Below are positions 28,163 through 37,648 of a stretch of DNA of 55,925 nt, one piece after another (positions within the stretch are counted from its first letter, which is position 1; every line of letters starts with the position of its first letter). A program made the position numbers and the translations under genes. Source of the DNA: an uncultured Eubacteriales bacterium (GTDB taxonomy: Bacteria; Acidobacteriota; Aminicenantia; Aminicenantales; Aminicenantaceae); the NCBI GenBank assembly GCA_964557845.1, contig CAZLBV010000033.1, positions 1 through 55,925 on the forward strand, in the 5' to 3' direction. The notes under the pieces were generated by a model, which was not told the DNA's origin, searched no databases, and was given only the letters and a program-made list of their open reading frames with translations.

Positions 28163-29677
28163 ATGGCGGAAAAAAAGAAAGAAATGTCTGCTGAGCTCAA
28201 AGAGCGGTTAAAAGCAGGATTTAATGAAGATTGGCGGCAAAAGTTAAGGAAATCTGTTTCTATAAAAGAGCGAATGAAGATCGAAAGGATACATATGCCT
28301 GAGAGAGAGGCGGAGGTAAGAAATAAAGATTTCCAGGAAGTTAATCTTGGATTAACAGAGGAGATGGCGGTTAAGGAGGCTATGAGATGCCTTGATTGCG
28401 CTAATCCCCAGTGTGTGCTGGGCTGCCCGGTAGGAATTGACATCCCTGCCTTCGTTAAAATGATAGAAATGGGGGATTTCGACAAGAGCGTACGAAAGAT
28501 AAAAGAGACTAATAGCCTTCCCGCTATTTGCGGACGGGTATGCCCTCAAGAATCCCAATGTGAGGCGTCATGTACTATGAATAAGGCTACGGGAGTTCCT
28601 GTGGCCATTGGGAACCTGGAACGTTTTGTCGCGGATTATGAACGGATGAAAGGCGAGGATTATATTCCGGAAATACCGCCTCCTACCGGCTGTAAAGTGG
28701 CTGTGTTAGGTGCGGGACCGGCCGGCTTGACGGTCGCCGGAGACCTGGCCCTAAAGGGACATCAAGTCACTATTTTTGAGGCGCTTCATATAGCAGGTGG
28801 AGTGTTAGTCTACGGCATACCGGAGTTTCGGCTGCCCAAGAAAATCTTACAATCAGAGGTGGATTACCTAAAGCGCTTAGGCGTGGAGATTAAGACCAAT
28901 TATGTAGTCGGCATGACTGCTACCATCGATGAATTGATGGCAGAAGGGTTCGATAGTATTTTCATAGGAACAGGAGCCGGCCTCCCCAATTTTATGCGTG
29001 TTCCTGGAGAGAATCTTATCGGGATTTATTCTGCTAATGAATACCTGACAAGGGTAAACCTTATGCGTGCCTATGAATTCCCTAAATATGATACGCCTGT
29101 TATTCTGGGTAAAAGAGTTGCGGTTTTAGGAGGAGGGAATGTGGCCATGGATTCAGTTCGTACCGCCAAGCGCTTAGGGGCGGAGCTGGCAGCTATTGTG
29201 TATCGGCGTTCCCGTACGGAAATGCCGGCCAGAATTGAAGAAGTTAAACATGCTGAAGAGGAAGGAATTGAATTCCACTTTTTGACCACTCCGACGCAGT
29301 TCATCGGAGATGATAAGGGGCGCGTTAAAGCCATGGAATGTTTGCGTATGAAATTAGGCGAGCCTGATTCTTCAGGAAGAAGGCGTCCGGTGCCGATCGA
29401 AGGCTCTGGATTTATCATGGATGTTGATATGGTGGTGGTGTCAATTGGAAACAGCCCTAATCCATTGATCGGGCAAGTTACACCTGGATTGGAAATAGGT
29501 AAATGGGGTAATGTGGAAGTCAATTGGGACACTATGGCCACCAGCATTGAAGGCGTTTATGCAGGAGGAGATATTATTCGTGGCGGTGCTACAGTCATAC
29601 TCGCTATGGGAGATGCCCGGATCGCTGCTAATGAGATGGATAAATATATGCGGACAAAAAAGAAACTGCCGGAATAG
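28163..29677 (+). CDS. NfnB / GltD-like NADPH-dependent FAD oxidoreductase subunit with 2x[4Fe-4S]
   Basis: CLDCANPQCVLGCP and CGRVCPQESQCEASC clusters, VAVLGAGPAGLTVAGDL (FAD) and VAVLGGGNVAMD (NADPH) dinucleotide folds. Confidence 0.9.
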   Translation: MAEKKKEMSAELKERLKAGFNEDWRQKLRKSVSIKERMKIERIHMPEREAEVRNKDFQEVNLGLTEEMAVKEAMRCLDCANPQCVLGCPVGIDIPAFVKMIEMGDFDKSVRKIKETNSLPAICGRVCPQESQCEASCTMNKATGVPVAIGNLERFVADYERMKGEDYIPEIPPPTGCKVAVLGAGPAGLTVAGDLALKGHQVTIFEALHIAGGVLVYGIPEFRLPKKILQSEVDYLKRLGVEIKTNYVVGMTATIDELMAEGFDSIFIGTGAGLPNFMRVPGENLIGIYSANEYLTRVNLMRAYEFPKYDTPVILGKRVAVLGGGNVAMDSVRTAKRLGAELAAIVYRRSRTEMPARIEEVKHAEEEGIEFHFLTTPTQFIGDDKGRVKAMECLRMKLGEPDSSGRRRPVPIEGSGFIMDVDMVVVSIGNSPNPLIGQVTPGLEIGKWGNVEVNWDTMATSIEGVYAGGDIIRGGATVILAMGDARIAANEMDKYMRTKKKLPE

Positions 29678-29779
29678 GCAGGAGTCGTAAATCCGGTTGA
29701 TATATTAAGTGAGAGGGTTCTTTGGAGATTCGAGTTCTATTGTATCTGTTTCTGGTTCGCTTTATTTTGGAGGTATAGA

Positions 29780-31078
29780 ATGGCTTGGGTAGATGAATAT
29801 AAAAAGAAATTGATTTCCGCTTCTGAAGCAATGTCGATCATTAAAAGCAACGATCGTGTTTTCATCAGCGGGAATGCAGCAACTCCTTATGTGTTGGTGA
29901 ATGCGCTGGCAGCCAGAAAAGATGAACTGAAAAATATTGAATTGGTGCACGTTCTTCTGTTGGGAGACGATCCCTTTTCTAAGCCGGAAATGGAAGGTCA
30001 TTTCCGTCACAACTCTTTGTTTGTGGGGCCGGCGGATCGAAAAGCGATCAATGAGGGCCGGGCAGATTATATTCCCATATTTCTGCATCAGATACCTGAT
30101 CTTTTTTTCTCAGGCCAGATGCCTTTGGATGTTGCGGTTATTCATCTGTCTCCTCCTGATGAACATGGATTCATGAGTTATGGAGTAGAAGTCCTCTGTT
30201 CCAAAGCTGCGGCTGAGACTGCCAAAGTAGTCATTGCCCAGGTTAATGAAAAAATGCCCCGAGTTTTAGGTGATTCATTCATTCATGTCTCCCGTGTCGA
30301 TAAAATAGTAGAAGTCTCAGAGGATCTTCCTCAGCTTGAAAAAAAACCTTTTAGTGAAGTTGAAAAGAAAATAGGAAAGTCTATTGCGGAATTGATCGAA
30401 GACGGGTCCACTCTTCAATTGGGAATCGGGGGAATTCCTGATGCTGTTTTAGCCAGTCTCGAGGGGAAACGTGACCTGGGAGTGCACACCGAGATGGTTT
30501 CTGATGGAGTCATGGAAGCCGTTGAAAAAGGGATTATCACTGGTGCAAAAAAGAATTTTCATCCTTATAAGATCATATTGACATTTTTACTGGGCTCAAA
30601 AAATTTATATAAGTTTGCCCATAATAATCCCATTCTGGAAGCTCACCCTACCGATTATACCAATCATCCTTTTAATGTTTTCCAGAATGACAAGATGGTT
30701 AGTATTAATTCCGCCATAGAGCTGGATATAACCGGGCAGATCTGTTCCGATTCGATCGGAACTTATATTTATAGTGGTTTTGGGGGGCAGGTGGATTTTA
30801 TCAGAGGTGCGGCCCATTCCAAGGGAGGCAAACCGATCATTGCTCTGCCTTCGACCGCCAAAAATGGAGAGATATCAAGGATAGTCCCCTTTTTAAAAAA
30901 GGGTGCCGGGGTTGTGACGACCAGAGCCGATGTGCATTATGTGGTTACTGAATATGGAGTGGCTTTCTTGCATGGAAAAAATCTGCATGAACGGACTAAA
31001 GCGTTAATAAATATCGCCCACCCCAAATTCAGGGACGATCTGATCAATGCCGCTAAAGAGAGAAACCTGGTAAGATAA
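29780..31078 (+). CDS. acetyl-CoA hydrolase/transferase family protein (4-hydroxybutyrate CoA-transferase-like)
   Basis: Family motifs LQLGIGGIPDAV, ELDITGQ and SGFGGQVDFIRGA. 432 aa. Confidence 0.9.
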   Translation: MAWVDEYKKKLISASEAMSIIKSNDRVFISGNAATPYVLVNALAARKDELKNIELVHVLLLGDDPFSKPEMEGHFRHNSLFVGPADRKAINEGRADYIPIFLHQIPDLFFSGQMPLDVAVIHLSPPDEHGFMSYGVEVLCSKAAAETAKVVIAQVNEKMPRVLGDSFIHVSRVDKIVEVSEDLPQLEKKPFSEVEKKIGKSIAELIEDGSTLQLGIGGIPDAVLASLEGKRDLGVHTEMVSDGVMEAVEKGIITGAKKNFHPYKIILTFLLGSKNLYKFAHNNPILEAHPTDYTNHPFNVFQNDKMVSINSAIELDITGQICSDSIGTYIYSGFGGQVDFIRGAAHSKGGKPIIALPSTAKNGEISRIVPFLKKGAGVVTTRADVHYVVTEYGVAFLHGKNLHERTKALINIAHPKFRDDLINAAKERNLVR

Positions 31079-31103
31079 AAAGAGTGGTATAAATCAGGAT
31101 AAC

Positions 31104-31772
31104 ATGAAGCAAGAAATGCTGTTCGAGCAAAAAGGCCATATCGGGACAGATGAATCCGGAAAAGGGGATTATTTTGGGCCTTTGGTTGTCGCCGGTTTTT
31201 TTCTTCCTGATGGACAGGAACAGGTTTTGCAGGAATTAGGAGTCCGGGACAGTAAAAAGATCTCGGACAACCGGATACGAGAGATAGCAGAGATCCTTAA
31301 AGGAGGATACAAGCATTCTCTGGTGGTCATCGGTCCCAAAAAGTACAATGAACTATATACCAAACTTCGAAACTTAAATAAGCTGCTGGCTTGGGCTCAT
31401 GCCCGTGTGATTGAAAACCTTTTAGAAGAAGTCCCTTGCTCCTCTGCGGTTACCGACCAATTCGGCGATAAGCTTTTTGTGATAAATTCTTTGATGAAGC
31501 GGGGAAAAGGAATTGAGTTGATCCAGAGGCCTAAGGCTGAGGAAGATCTTGCAGTCGCGGCTGCTTCTATTCTTGCCCGTGCGGAATTCTTACGGAGGAT
31601 GTATTTTCTTTCCCAGGAGATCGGCAGAGAACTGCCGAGAGGGGCCTCCGCGCTTGTCGAGGCAGTTGGTTTGGATTTGGTCAGAAAACATGGAGAATCT
31701 GTCTTGGATGAAGTTGCAAAAAAACACTTTAAGATCACAAACCGCATAATAGGCCTGATCGACGCGGGGTAG
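31104..31772 (+). CDS. RNase HII/HIII-family ribonuclease (RNase HIII-like catalytic domain without the N-terminal substrate-binding domain)
   Basis: GTDESGKGDYFGPLVVA, VRDSKKISD, TDQFGD and KAEEDLAVAAASILAR match the RNase HIII catalytic motifs. The protein is only 222 aa. Confidence 0.8.
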   Translation: MKQEMLFEQKGHIGTDESGKGDYFGPLVVAGFFLPDGQEQVLQELGVRDSKKISDNRIREIAEILKGGYKHSLVVIGPKKYNELYTKLRNLNKLLAWAHARVIENLLEEVPCSSAVTDQFGDKLFVINSLMKRGKGIELIQRPKAEEDLAVAAASILARAEFLRRMYFLSQEIGRELPRGASALVEAVGLDLVRKHGESVLDEVAKKHFKITNRIIGLIDAG

Positions 31773-31819
31773 ATCTGGTAAAAGCTGACCGGTAATTTTA
31801 GTTCTATCTGGAGGGTGCC

Positions 31820-33013
31820 ATGAAAGACCGAACCAAAAGATTATATTTTGATGATCCCTATCAAACCCAATTTGAGGCTGCGGTCTTGGAAAAAAGAAAC
31901 TTTGCAGGAAAACCGGCTGTTATTCTTGATCAGACTTTGTTTTATCCAGAATCTGGCGGGCAGCCCTGTGACAAAGGTGATATAAACGGAATTTCCGTCA
32001 TTAATGTTATTGAGGATAAGGATAAGATCATCCATGTTTTGGATAAAGATATCGACGCAGAAAAGATCAAAGGAACGATAGACTGGGAGACCCGGTTTGA
32101 TCATATGCAGCAGCATTCCGGCCAGCATATTCTTTCTCAAGTATTTCATAGATATCTCAATGGGAAGACCATGTCCTTTCACTTGGGCAAAGAAATATCT
32201 ACGGTTGAGATAGATATACGAAAGATCTCTGAGGAAGAAGTCGAGAAGATAGAGAAGCTGGCAAATGACATTGTTTTCGAGAACAGAGAGATCCGGGTTG
32301 CTTTTGTTCCTGATACCAGGGTCGATAAGATCCCCCTTCGAAAACCGCCCAAGAAAACCGGAGAACTTAGAATTGTTGAAATTCAGGATTTTGATTATAC
32401 GGCGTGTGGCGGCACCCACCCCCGCCGTACCGGTGATATTGGCTTAATCAAGATCCTTAAGTGGGAAAGGATAAGGGATAATCTGAGGTTTGAATTTGTC
32501 TGTGGAAACAGGGCTTTAAAAGATTACGCCATGAGAACCAGGGTTCTCAGGGATGTGACCAATCGGTTTTCCTCAGGCGAATCAGATCTTATGGATGTAG
32601 TAGAAAAGCTTTTCCAGGATTATAAAGCCCAAAAAAAAAGGAACCGGCAGCTTCAGGAGAAAATGTCTGAATATGAAGCCAAGGAGATGATTAACCAGGC
32701 TGAAAGCCGCATTATAAAGAAAGTCTTTGAAGATAGATCCGCCGATGAAGCACGTCAGCTTGCCTTAAATATAATCAGAGGTTCAGATCATATAGTTCTA
32801 TTCGGCCTTAAATTAGCAGAAAGGGTGCATCTAGTTTTAGCGTGTCCGGAAAAAACTGAAGTGGATCTGCGTGAGCTGGTATCTGAGATATCACCGATTA
32901 TAGAGGGTAAAGGAGGGGGCCGGCCTTCCCTGGTTGAGATCAGCGGTAGCCGGCAGAACAGGCTGTTGGAAGCATTGGATAAAGCCTATAAAAAAGTGAT
33001 GGAGTATTTTTAG
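31820..33013 (+). CDS. alanyl-tRNA editing protein AlaX-L type
   Basis: HSGQHILS (HxxxH) and CGGTH zinc/editing motifs of the tRNA_SAD domain, followed by a DHHA1-like C-terminus (GKGGGRPS). 397 aa. Confidence 0.85.
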   Translation: MKDRTKRLYFDDPYQTQFEAAVLEKRNFAGKPAVILDQTLFYPESGGQPCDKGDINGISVINVIEDKDKIIHVLDKDIDAEKIKGTIDWETRFDHMQQHSGQHILSQVFHRYLNGKTMSFHLGKEISTVEIDIRKISEEEVEKIEKLANDIVFENREIRVAFVPDTRVDKIPLRKPPKKTGELRIVEIQDFDYTACGGTHPRRTGDIGLIKILKWERIRDNLRFEFVCGNRALKDYAMRTRVLRDVTNRFSSGESDLMDVVEKLFQDYKAQKKRNRQLQEKMSEYEAKEMINQAESRIIKKVFEDRSADEARQLALNIIRGSDHIVLFGLKLAERVHLVLACPEKTEVDLRELVSEISPIIEGKGGGRPSLVEISGSRQNRLLEALDKAYKKVMEYF

Positions 33014-33033
33014 TGTTTGAACGAATACCCAAG

Positions 33034-34284
33034 CTATTCGTAGTGAAGGGATACGATCGGATCCATACTTGCTGCTTTTTGAGCAGGGAAAATACCGAAA
33101 AATAAACCTACCGAAACCGACACAAAGAATCCTAAGAACACAGACCAGAGGCTCACTGTGGCCGGAAGCGGAGTGGCGCTTTTTACTAAAAAGGCAATAC
33201 CGAAACCTGTCAGGATGCCGATGGCGCCGCCGGTCCCGGTCAGAACAACAGCTTCAATGAGAAACTGTTTCAAGATATCCGAAGCCCTGGCTCCCACTGC
33301 TTTTCGTATGCCTATCTCTCTGGTTCGTTCTTTGACAGAAACCAACATGATATTCATCACCCCGATCCCGCCCACCAAGAGGCCGATGGAGGAGATCACG
33401 ATCATCACAAGATAAGCTGCGCCGGTTATTTGATTGTAAAGATCAACGATAACATCCTGAGTATAGACCGCAAAATCATTGGGTTTTCCGAATCCAACCC
33501 CTCTCCTTTTCCTGAGCACATTAATGATCTGCTCTTTGGTTTCCTCAATATATCCTTTTTTCTTGGGGGTGATGATGAATTCCAAATTTGATAGATCATA
33601 GGGGTAGTATTTCATAAGAGTTGTGATCGGGATGCCTACAAAATTGTCCTGGCTTTGGCCGAATAAGCTGCCTCTTTTTTCAAGAACACCGACCACCCGG
33701 AATTTTTCCGGACCGATCCGGATTTCCTTTCCCACAGGATCTATATAGGGAAAAAGGTTCTCGGCTGGATCTGAACCGAGAACACAGACTCTGGCGCTGT
33801 GCACTACCTCAGATTCGAGTAAAAAACGGCCTCGCTCTGGAAGATATACTGAAAGGGCTTCCGGAAATTTTTCATTCATGCCGAGGACAAGAGTATTTTT
33901 AGCTTTGATATTTTGATATTTTACCGGGATTTCCTCAAAGATGTCGGCTATCAGATCCACGGCTACGGCATTTACAAGGGGACATTCCTTTTGGATCGCT
34001 AAAGCATCTTCAAAAGTGAGGTCCTTTCTCTGCCTTAATTCTTCTGAAGTTTCTCCGACCTGGATTCCGGGCTCCATCTTGCTTACGATGATCATGTCAG
34101 AACCAACGGACTCCAATTCCGCTAAAAAAGAACGGTTTAAGCCTTGGATAATGGAGACCATTCCTATGACGGTGGTAACACCGATCATGATCCCTAACAA
34201 AGTAAGAAAAGAACGGAGTTTGTTGGATTTTATGGAATCCCAGGACATCTGGAAGATCTCTTTTATTATTCCTATTCTGATCAT
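33034..34284 (-). CDS. MacB/FtsX-type ABC transporter permease
   Basis: N-terminal NKLRSFLTLLGIMIGVTTVI helix, a periplasmic domain of about 220 aa, and a C-terminal FtsX region (VKERTREIGIRKAVGA). The start overlaps the upstream stop (ATGA). Confidence 0.88.
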   Translation of the reverse strand: MIRIGIIKEIFQMSWDSIKSNKLRSFLTLLGIMIGVTTVIGMVSIIQGLNRSFLAELESVGSDMIIVSKMEPGIQVGETSEELRQRKDLTFEDALAIQKECPLVNAVAVDLIADIFEEIPVKYQNIKAKNTLVLGMNEKFPEALSVYLPERGRFLLESEVVHSARVCVLGSDPAENLFPYIDPVGKEIRIGPEKFRVVGVLEKRGSLFGQSQDNFVGIPITTLMKYYPYDLSNLEFIITPKKKGYIEETKEQIINVLRKRRGVGFGKPNDFAVYTQDVIVDLYNQITGAAYLVMIVISSIGLLVGGIGVMNIMLVSVKERTREIGIRKAVGARASDILKQFLIEAVVLTGTGGAIGILTGFGIAFLVKSATPLPATVSLWSVFLGFFVSVSVGLFFGIFPAQKAASMDPIVSLHYE

Positions 34285-35516
34285 AGCTCGGTCCTTAAGG
34301 CTTGAATAGGATTCAGTCTGGCAGCTTTGCTGGCCGGATAAAGGCCGAAAAAGATACCCACCGAAGCAGAAACGATAATAGCGGCAGCTACAGAACTTGG
34401 ATCAAGGGTAGAGGGCATGGAAGAAACTGAGGTAATGATTCTGGCGAGCAGGTAACCGAGTAAAATGCCGATGATCCCGCCTGATGCTGAAAGAACTGCG
34501 GATTCGATCAGGAATTGAAAAAGTATATCCTTACGACGCGCTCCTACAGCCATACGGATACCGATCTCCTTGGTTCTTTCCGTGACGGCGACCAGCATGA
34601 TGTTCATGACAACAATGCCGCCCACAAGCAGAGCTATAGATGAGATAGCGATCATGGCAAAATAAATGCTGGTGGTGGCTGATTTGTAAAACTGGATAAA
34701 GGTGTCGGAAGTTTGAAAAGAAAAGTCATCCGGTTCAGCAAAGGAAACATGCCGCCGGGAACGCAGCAGGGTTCTGACTTCTTCTTGTGCCTGCCGCATT
34801 TGTTCTTGGGAGCTTGTGTGGACATTAATGCTTATCGATTGTCTGGATCCATATATCTTTTGAAATGTCGAGATTGGTATTCTTACATAATTGTCTTGGC
34901 TCATACCTAAAAGCTTCCCTTTTTCTTCACCGATACCTATGACCAGGAAATTATTCGGCCCTATTTTTATCCATTTTCCCAGGGGATCCACATTGGGAAA
35001 TAAATTCTCCTGGATATCCGCCCCGATGATACATACCCTGCGGGAATGATCCACGTCGTCCCTTAGAAAATGACGCCCGCTTTTCAATTCCTGAACAGAG
35101 CCGATCAAATGATCGAGATGGGTCACCCCGGTTATACTGACGTTTTTTAGGCTGTTGCTGCCGGCTTTTACGGTTTTACTGCTATTAATAGAGGCTCCAA
35201 TAAGCTCGCAGGCAGTGCAGTTTTTTCGGAGAAGCTGCATGTCTTCCATAGTGAGATTCTTTCTTTTCAGCTGTTCTCTATAATCATCCAGGGAAGTTCC
35301 TATCATGGAAAACTTCGAGATAGAAAAATCATTGGCACCAAAAAAGGACATTTTAGTAAAGACGTAATCATTCAGACCCTGAATGATAGAGACGACAGCG
35401 ATGATAGTAAGTACGCCGATGATTATTCCGAGGAGCGTGAGCAGTGTGCGGAGTTTGTTAGACCAGAAAGAGGCGAAGGCCATGGTGACTGTTTCTGTTA
35501 CATTGAGTTTTGCCAT
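34281..35516 (-). CDS. MacB/FtsX-type ABC transporter permease
   Basis: A paralogue of the downstream gene: NKLRTLLTLLGIIIGVLTII and VTERTKEIGIRMAVGA. Confidence 0.88.
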   Translation of the reverse strand: MAKLNVTETVTMAFASFWSNKLRTLLTLLGIIIGVLTIIAVVSIIQGLNDYVFTKMSFFGANDFSISKFSMIGTSLDDYREQLKRKNLTMEDMQLLRKNCTACELIGASINSSKTVKAGSNSLKNVSITGVTHLDHLIGSVQELKSGRHFLRDDVDHSRRVCIIGADIQENLFPNVDPLGKWIKIGPNNFLVIGIGEEKGKLLGMSQDNYVRIPISTFQKIYGSRQSISINVHTSSQEQMRQAQEEVRTLLRSRRHVSFAEPDDFSFQTSDTFIQFYKSATTSIYFAMIAISSIALLVGGIVVMNIMLVAVTERTKEIGIRMAVGARRKDILFQFLIESAVLSASGGIIGILLGYLLARIITSVSSMPSTLDPSSVAAAIIVSASVGIFFGLYPASKAARLNPIQALRTEL

Positions 35517-35665
35517 CTGTAATTTTTATCCGAAAAAAGATTTTACTATATTTAATACGACAGAAAAACTTAAAGGTTATATTTCCTTGTTATTGTTGTT
35601 TTTTTGAATGAGGATTTGTGATAAAGTGAAGCCAGGAGAAATCCCCTATAAGTCAGGATGAAAAA

Positions 35666-36244
35666 ATGTATGAAGAGATTGGATTAAATTGCCTTTATTT
35701 TAGCCAACCCGGGAAGGACAACACAGGGAGAACTCTAGAGGCAGCGTTGGCAAGAGCGGAAGAGCTGGGCATAGATCATTTGATCGTAGCTTCTACCTCG
35801 GGTGAGACCGGGTTAAAGGCAGCCAGGTTGTTTCAAGGGAAAAAAGTGGTCATTGTGTCTCATTCCACTGGATTTATAAAACCTGATTTTCAGCAAATGA
35901 AAAAAGAGTACCGAAATCTGATAGAAGAAAGCGGCGCCCAGGTATTGACCTGCCAGCATGCCTTGGGAGGAGTAGGGCGTGCAGTCAGAAAAAAATTAGA
36001 AACCTATGAACTCGAGGAGATTATTGCTTATACTCTGAGACTTTTCGGCCAGGGAACCAAAGTCGCAGTAGAAATCGCCTTAATGGCGGCTGACGCTGGT
36101 TTGGTGTCAACACAAAAGCCCTGTATATCCATTGGCGGGACTAACGACGGAGCCGACACAGCACTGCTGTTAAAACCTGCCCATGCCCAGGATTTTTTTG
36201 ATCTTAAGATCATGGAATTTATTGCGAAACCAAGGGATTGGTAG
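35666..36244 (+). CDS. stand-alone pyruvate kinase C-terminal (alpha/beta) domain-like protein
   Basis: NTGRTLEAALARAEELGIDHLIVASTSGETGLKAARL resembles the PK C-domain motif (..IVV.T.SG.TA...S). 192 aa. Confidence 0.6.
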   Translation: MYEEIGLNCLYFSQPGKDNTGRTLEAALARAEELGIDHLIVASTSGETGLKAARLFQGKKVVIVSHSTGFIKPDFQQMKKEYRNLIEESGAQVLTCQHALGGVGRAVRKKLETYELEEIIAYTLRLFGQGTKVAVEIALMAADAGLVSTQKPCISIGGTNDGADTALLLKPAHAQDFFDLKIMEFIAKPRDW

Positions 36245-36276
36245 AACCCGGTTTGGCTCGATAAAAGGAGTTCAGC

Positions 36277-36837
36277 ATGACCAACCGAAAAACTTTGATG
36301 GTTTTACTGCTGCTGCTTTTCATATGCTCGGGCAGCGGACTCGCTCAAAATGGTTTTTTCTTAGGTTTTCAGGCCGGGACTTCTTCACAGAGGCTGAGCT
36401 TTAGTGACTTGGAATTCGACAAAGATACCTCGTTCTTATATGGATTGAGAGCAGGATTAAAGTTTTTGATGATCTCGGTGGAAGCCAATTATTTTCAGAC
36501 GGCCCACAACATGAGCTTATCAGATATGGTTTCATCATGGGAAGAAAGAACGGTCGATTATAATTATATCGGATTGAATTTGAAATATTATTTTTCTCTT
36601 TTACTGCTTCAGCCCTACCTTACTTTTGGGCTTGGTTATTATACTGCGGATATCCAAGATATTGATAAAGATACCGACCGGGGATACAACTTGGGCGTAG
36701 GGGTTGAAGTTTCCTTTGGAAAAAAACTATCCTTGCTGGCTGAGGCCAAATATCACCGGGTCAAACTGTTGATCGATGAGAAAGAATTTAAGCTGGGGAA
36801 CTTTTCTTTAAGCGGGGGATTGAATTTTTATTTTTAA
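36277..36837 (+). CDS. outer-membrane beta-barrel protein (OmpA-like N-terminal/OmpW-type small barrel)
   Basis: Signal peptide ending GLAQ, alternating hydrophobic beta-strand pattern and C-terminal aromatic residue (GGLNFYF). Confidence 0.7.
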   Translation: MTNRKTLMVLLLLLFICSGSGLAQNGFFLGFQAGTSSQRLSFSDLEFDKDTSFLYGLRAGLKFLMISVEANYFQTAHNMSLSDMVSSWEERTVDYNYIGLNLKYYFSLLLLQPYLTFGLGYYTADIQDIDKDTDRGYNLGVGVEVSFGKKLSLLAEAKYHRVKLLIDEKEFKLGNFSLSGGLNFYF

Positions 36838-36877
36838 TGATATCTCCAATTTATCATTTGAAAACTAAATAAAGACA

Positions 36878-37600
36878 ATGCTTATTCGATTGAATAAATA
36901 CCTGTCTAAATGCGGAGCAGCATCCCGCCGGGAAGCCGATAGAATGATCTTAGCCGGGCGAGTCCGGGTGAATGGCCGAGTGGTTTCAACCTTAGGCACC
37001 AAGGTAGATGAGGAAAAGGATCTGATCGAGCTTAACGGGCAAAGAATCCAAAAGAAAAAATCCTTGATCTATTTGATATTAAATAAGCCGCCTGGATATG
37101 TAGTGACACGAAAAGATCCTACGGGAAGGCCTACGGTTATGGATTTGATCCCGCTATCACTGCGGCATCTTTATCCGGTAGGGAGACTGGATTATGATAG
37201 TAGGGGATTGCTGCTGCTGACTAATGACGGGGAGCTGGCCAACCGGTTAATGCATCCCCGGTATGAGATCAAGAAAGTCTATTTGGTTAAAGTAAAAGGG
37301 ATGCCTGATGCGGATTCCATTAAAAAACTGGAAAAAGGTATTTTCCTTGAGGGGAAAAAAACATCTCCTGCTTGCGTGGCCAGACTTAAAAGCAGTCCTG
37401 AGCGATCGCTGATGAGAATAGAGCTTAAAGAGGGACGAAAGCATGAGGTTAAAAAAATGTGTGCTGCTGTGGGGTATCCGGTCTTGGATCTGAAAAGGAT
37501 CGAATTCGGAGGCATTGATCTTGACCGCTTAAAACCGGGAACATGGCGGGATTTAACTCCCAGGGAAGTAGCCCAATTAAAAGCCAAAGCCGGATTATAA
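36878..37600 (+). CDS. rluB: pseudouridine synthase, RsuA/RluB family with N-terminal S4 domain
   Basis: IRLNKYLSKCGAASRREADRMILAGRVRVNG (S4) and the catalytic GRLDYDSRGLLLLTNDGELANRLMHP, which is closest to the RluB pattern. Confidence 0.85.
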   Translation: MLIRLNKYLSKCGAASRREADRMILAGRVRVNGRVVSTLGTKVDEEKDLIELNGQRIQKKKSLIYLILNKPPGYVVTRKDPTGRPTVMDLIPLSLRHLYPVGRLDYDSRGLLLLTNDGELANRLMHPRYEIKKVYLVKVKGMPDADSIKKLEKGIFLEGKKTSPACVARLKSSPERSLMRIELKEGRKHEVKKMCAAVGYPVLDLKRIEFGGIDLDRLKPGTWRDLTPREVAQLKAKAGL

Positions 37601-37648
37601 TACCGGTTTTTTACAAGAAGGAGTTGAAATAAACCTTCTCAGAATTCT

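Noticed and set aside
37586-37612. Weak hairpin aaagccgg-attataata-ccggtttttt after rluB as an intrinsic terminator.
   Set aside because: The stem has only four G:C pairs plus A:U extension. It is plausible but too weak to list as a feature.
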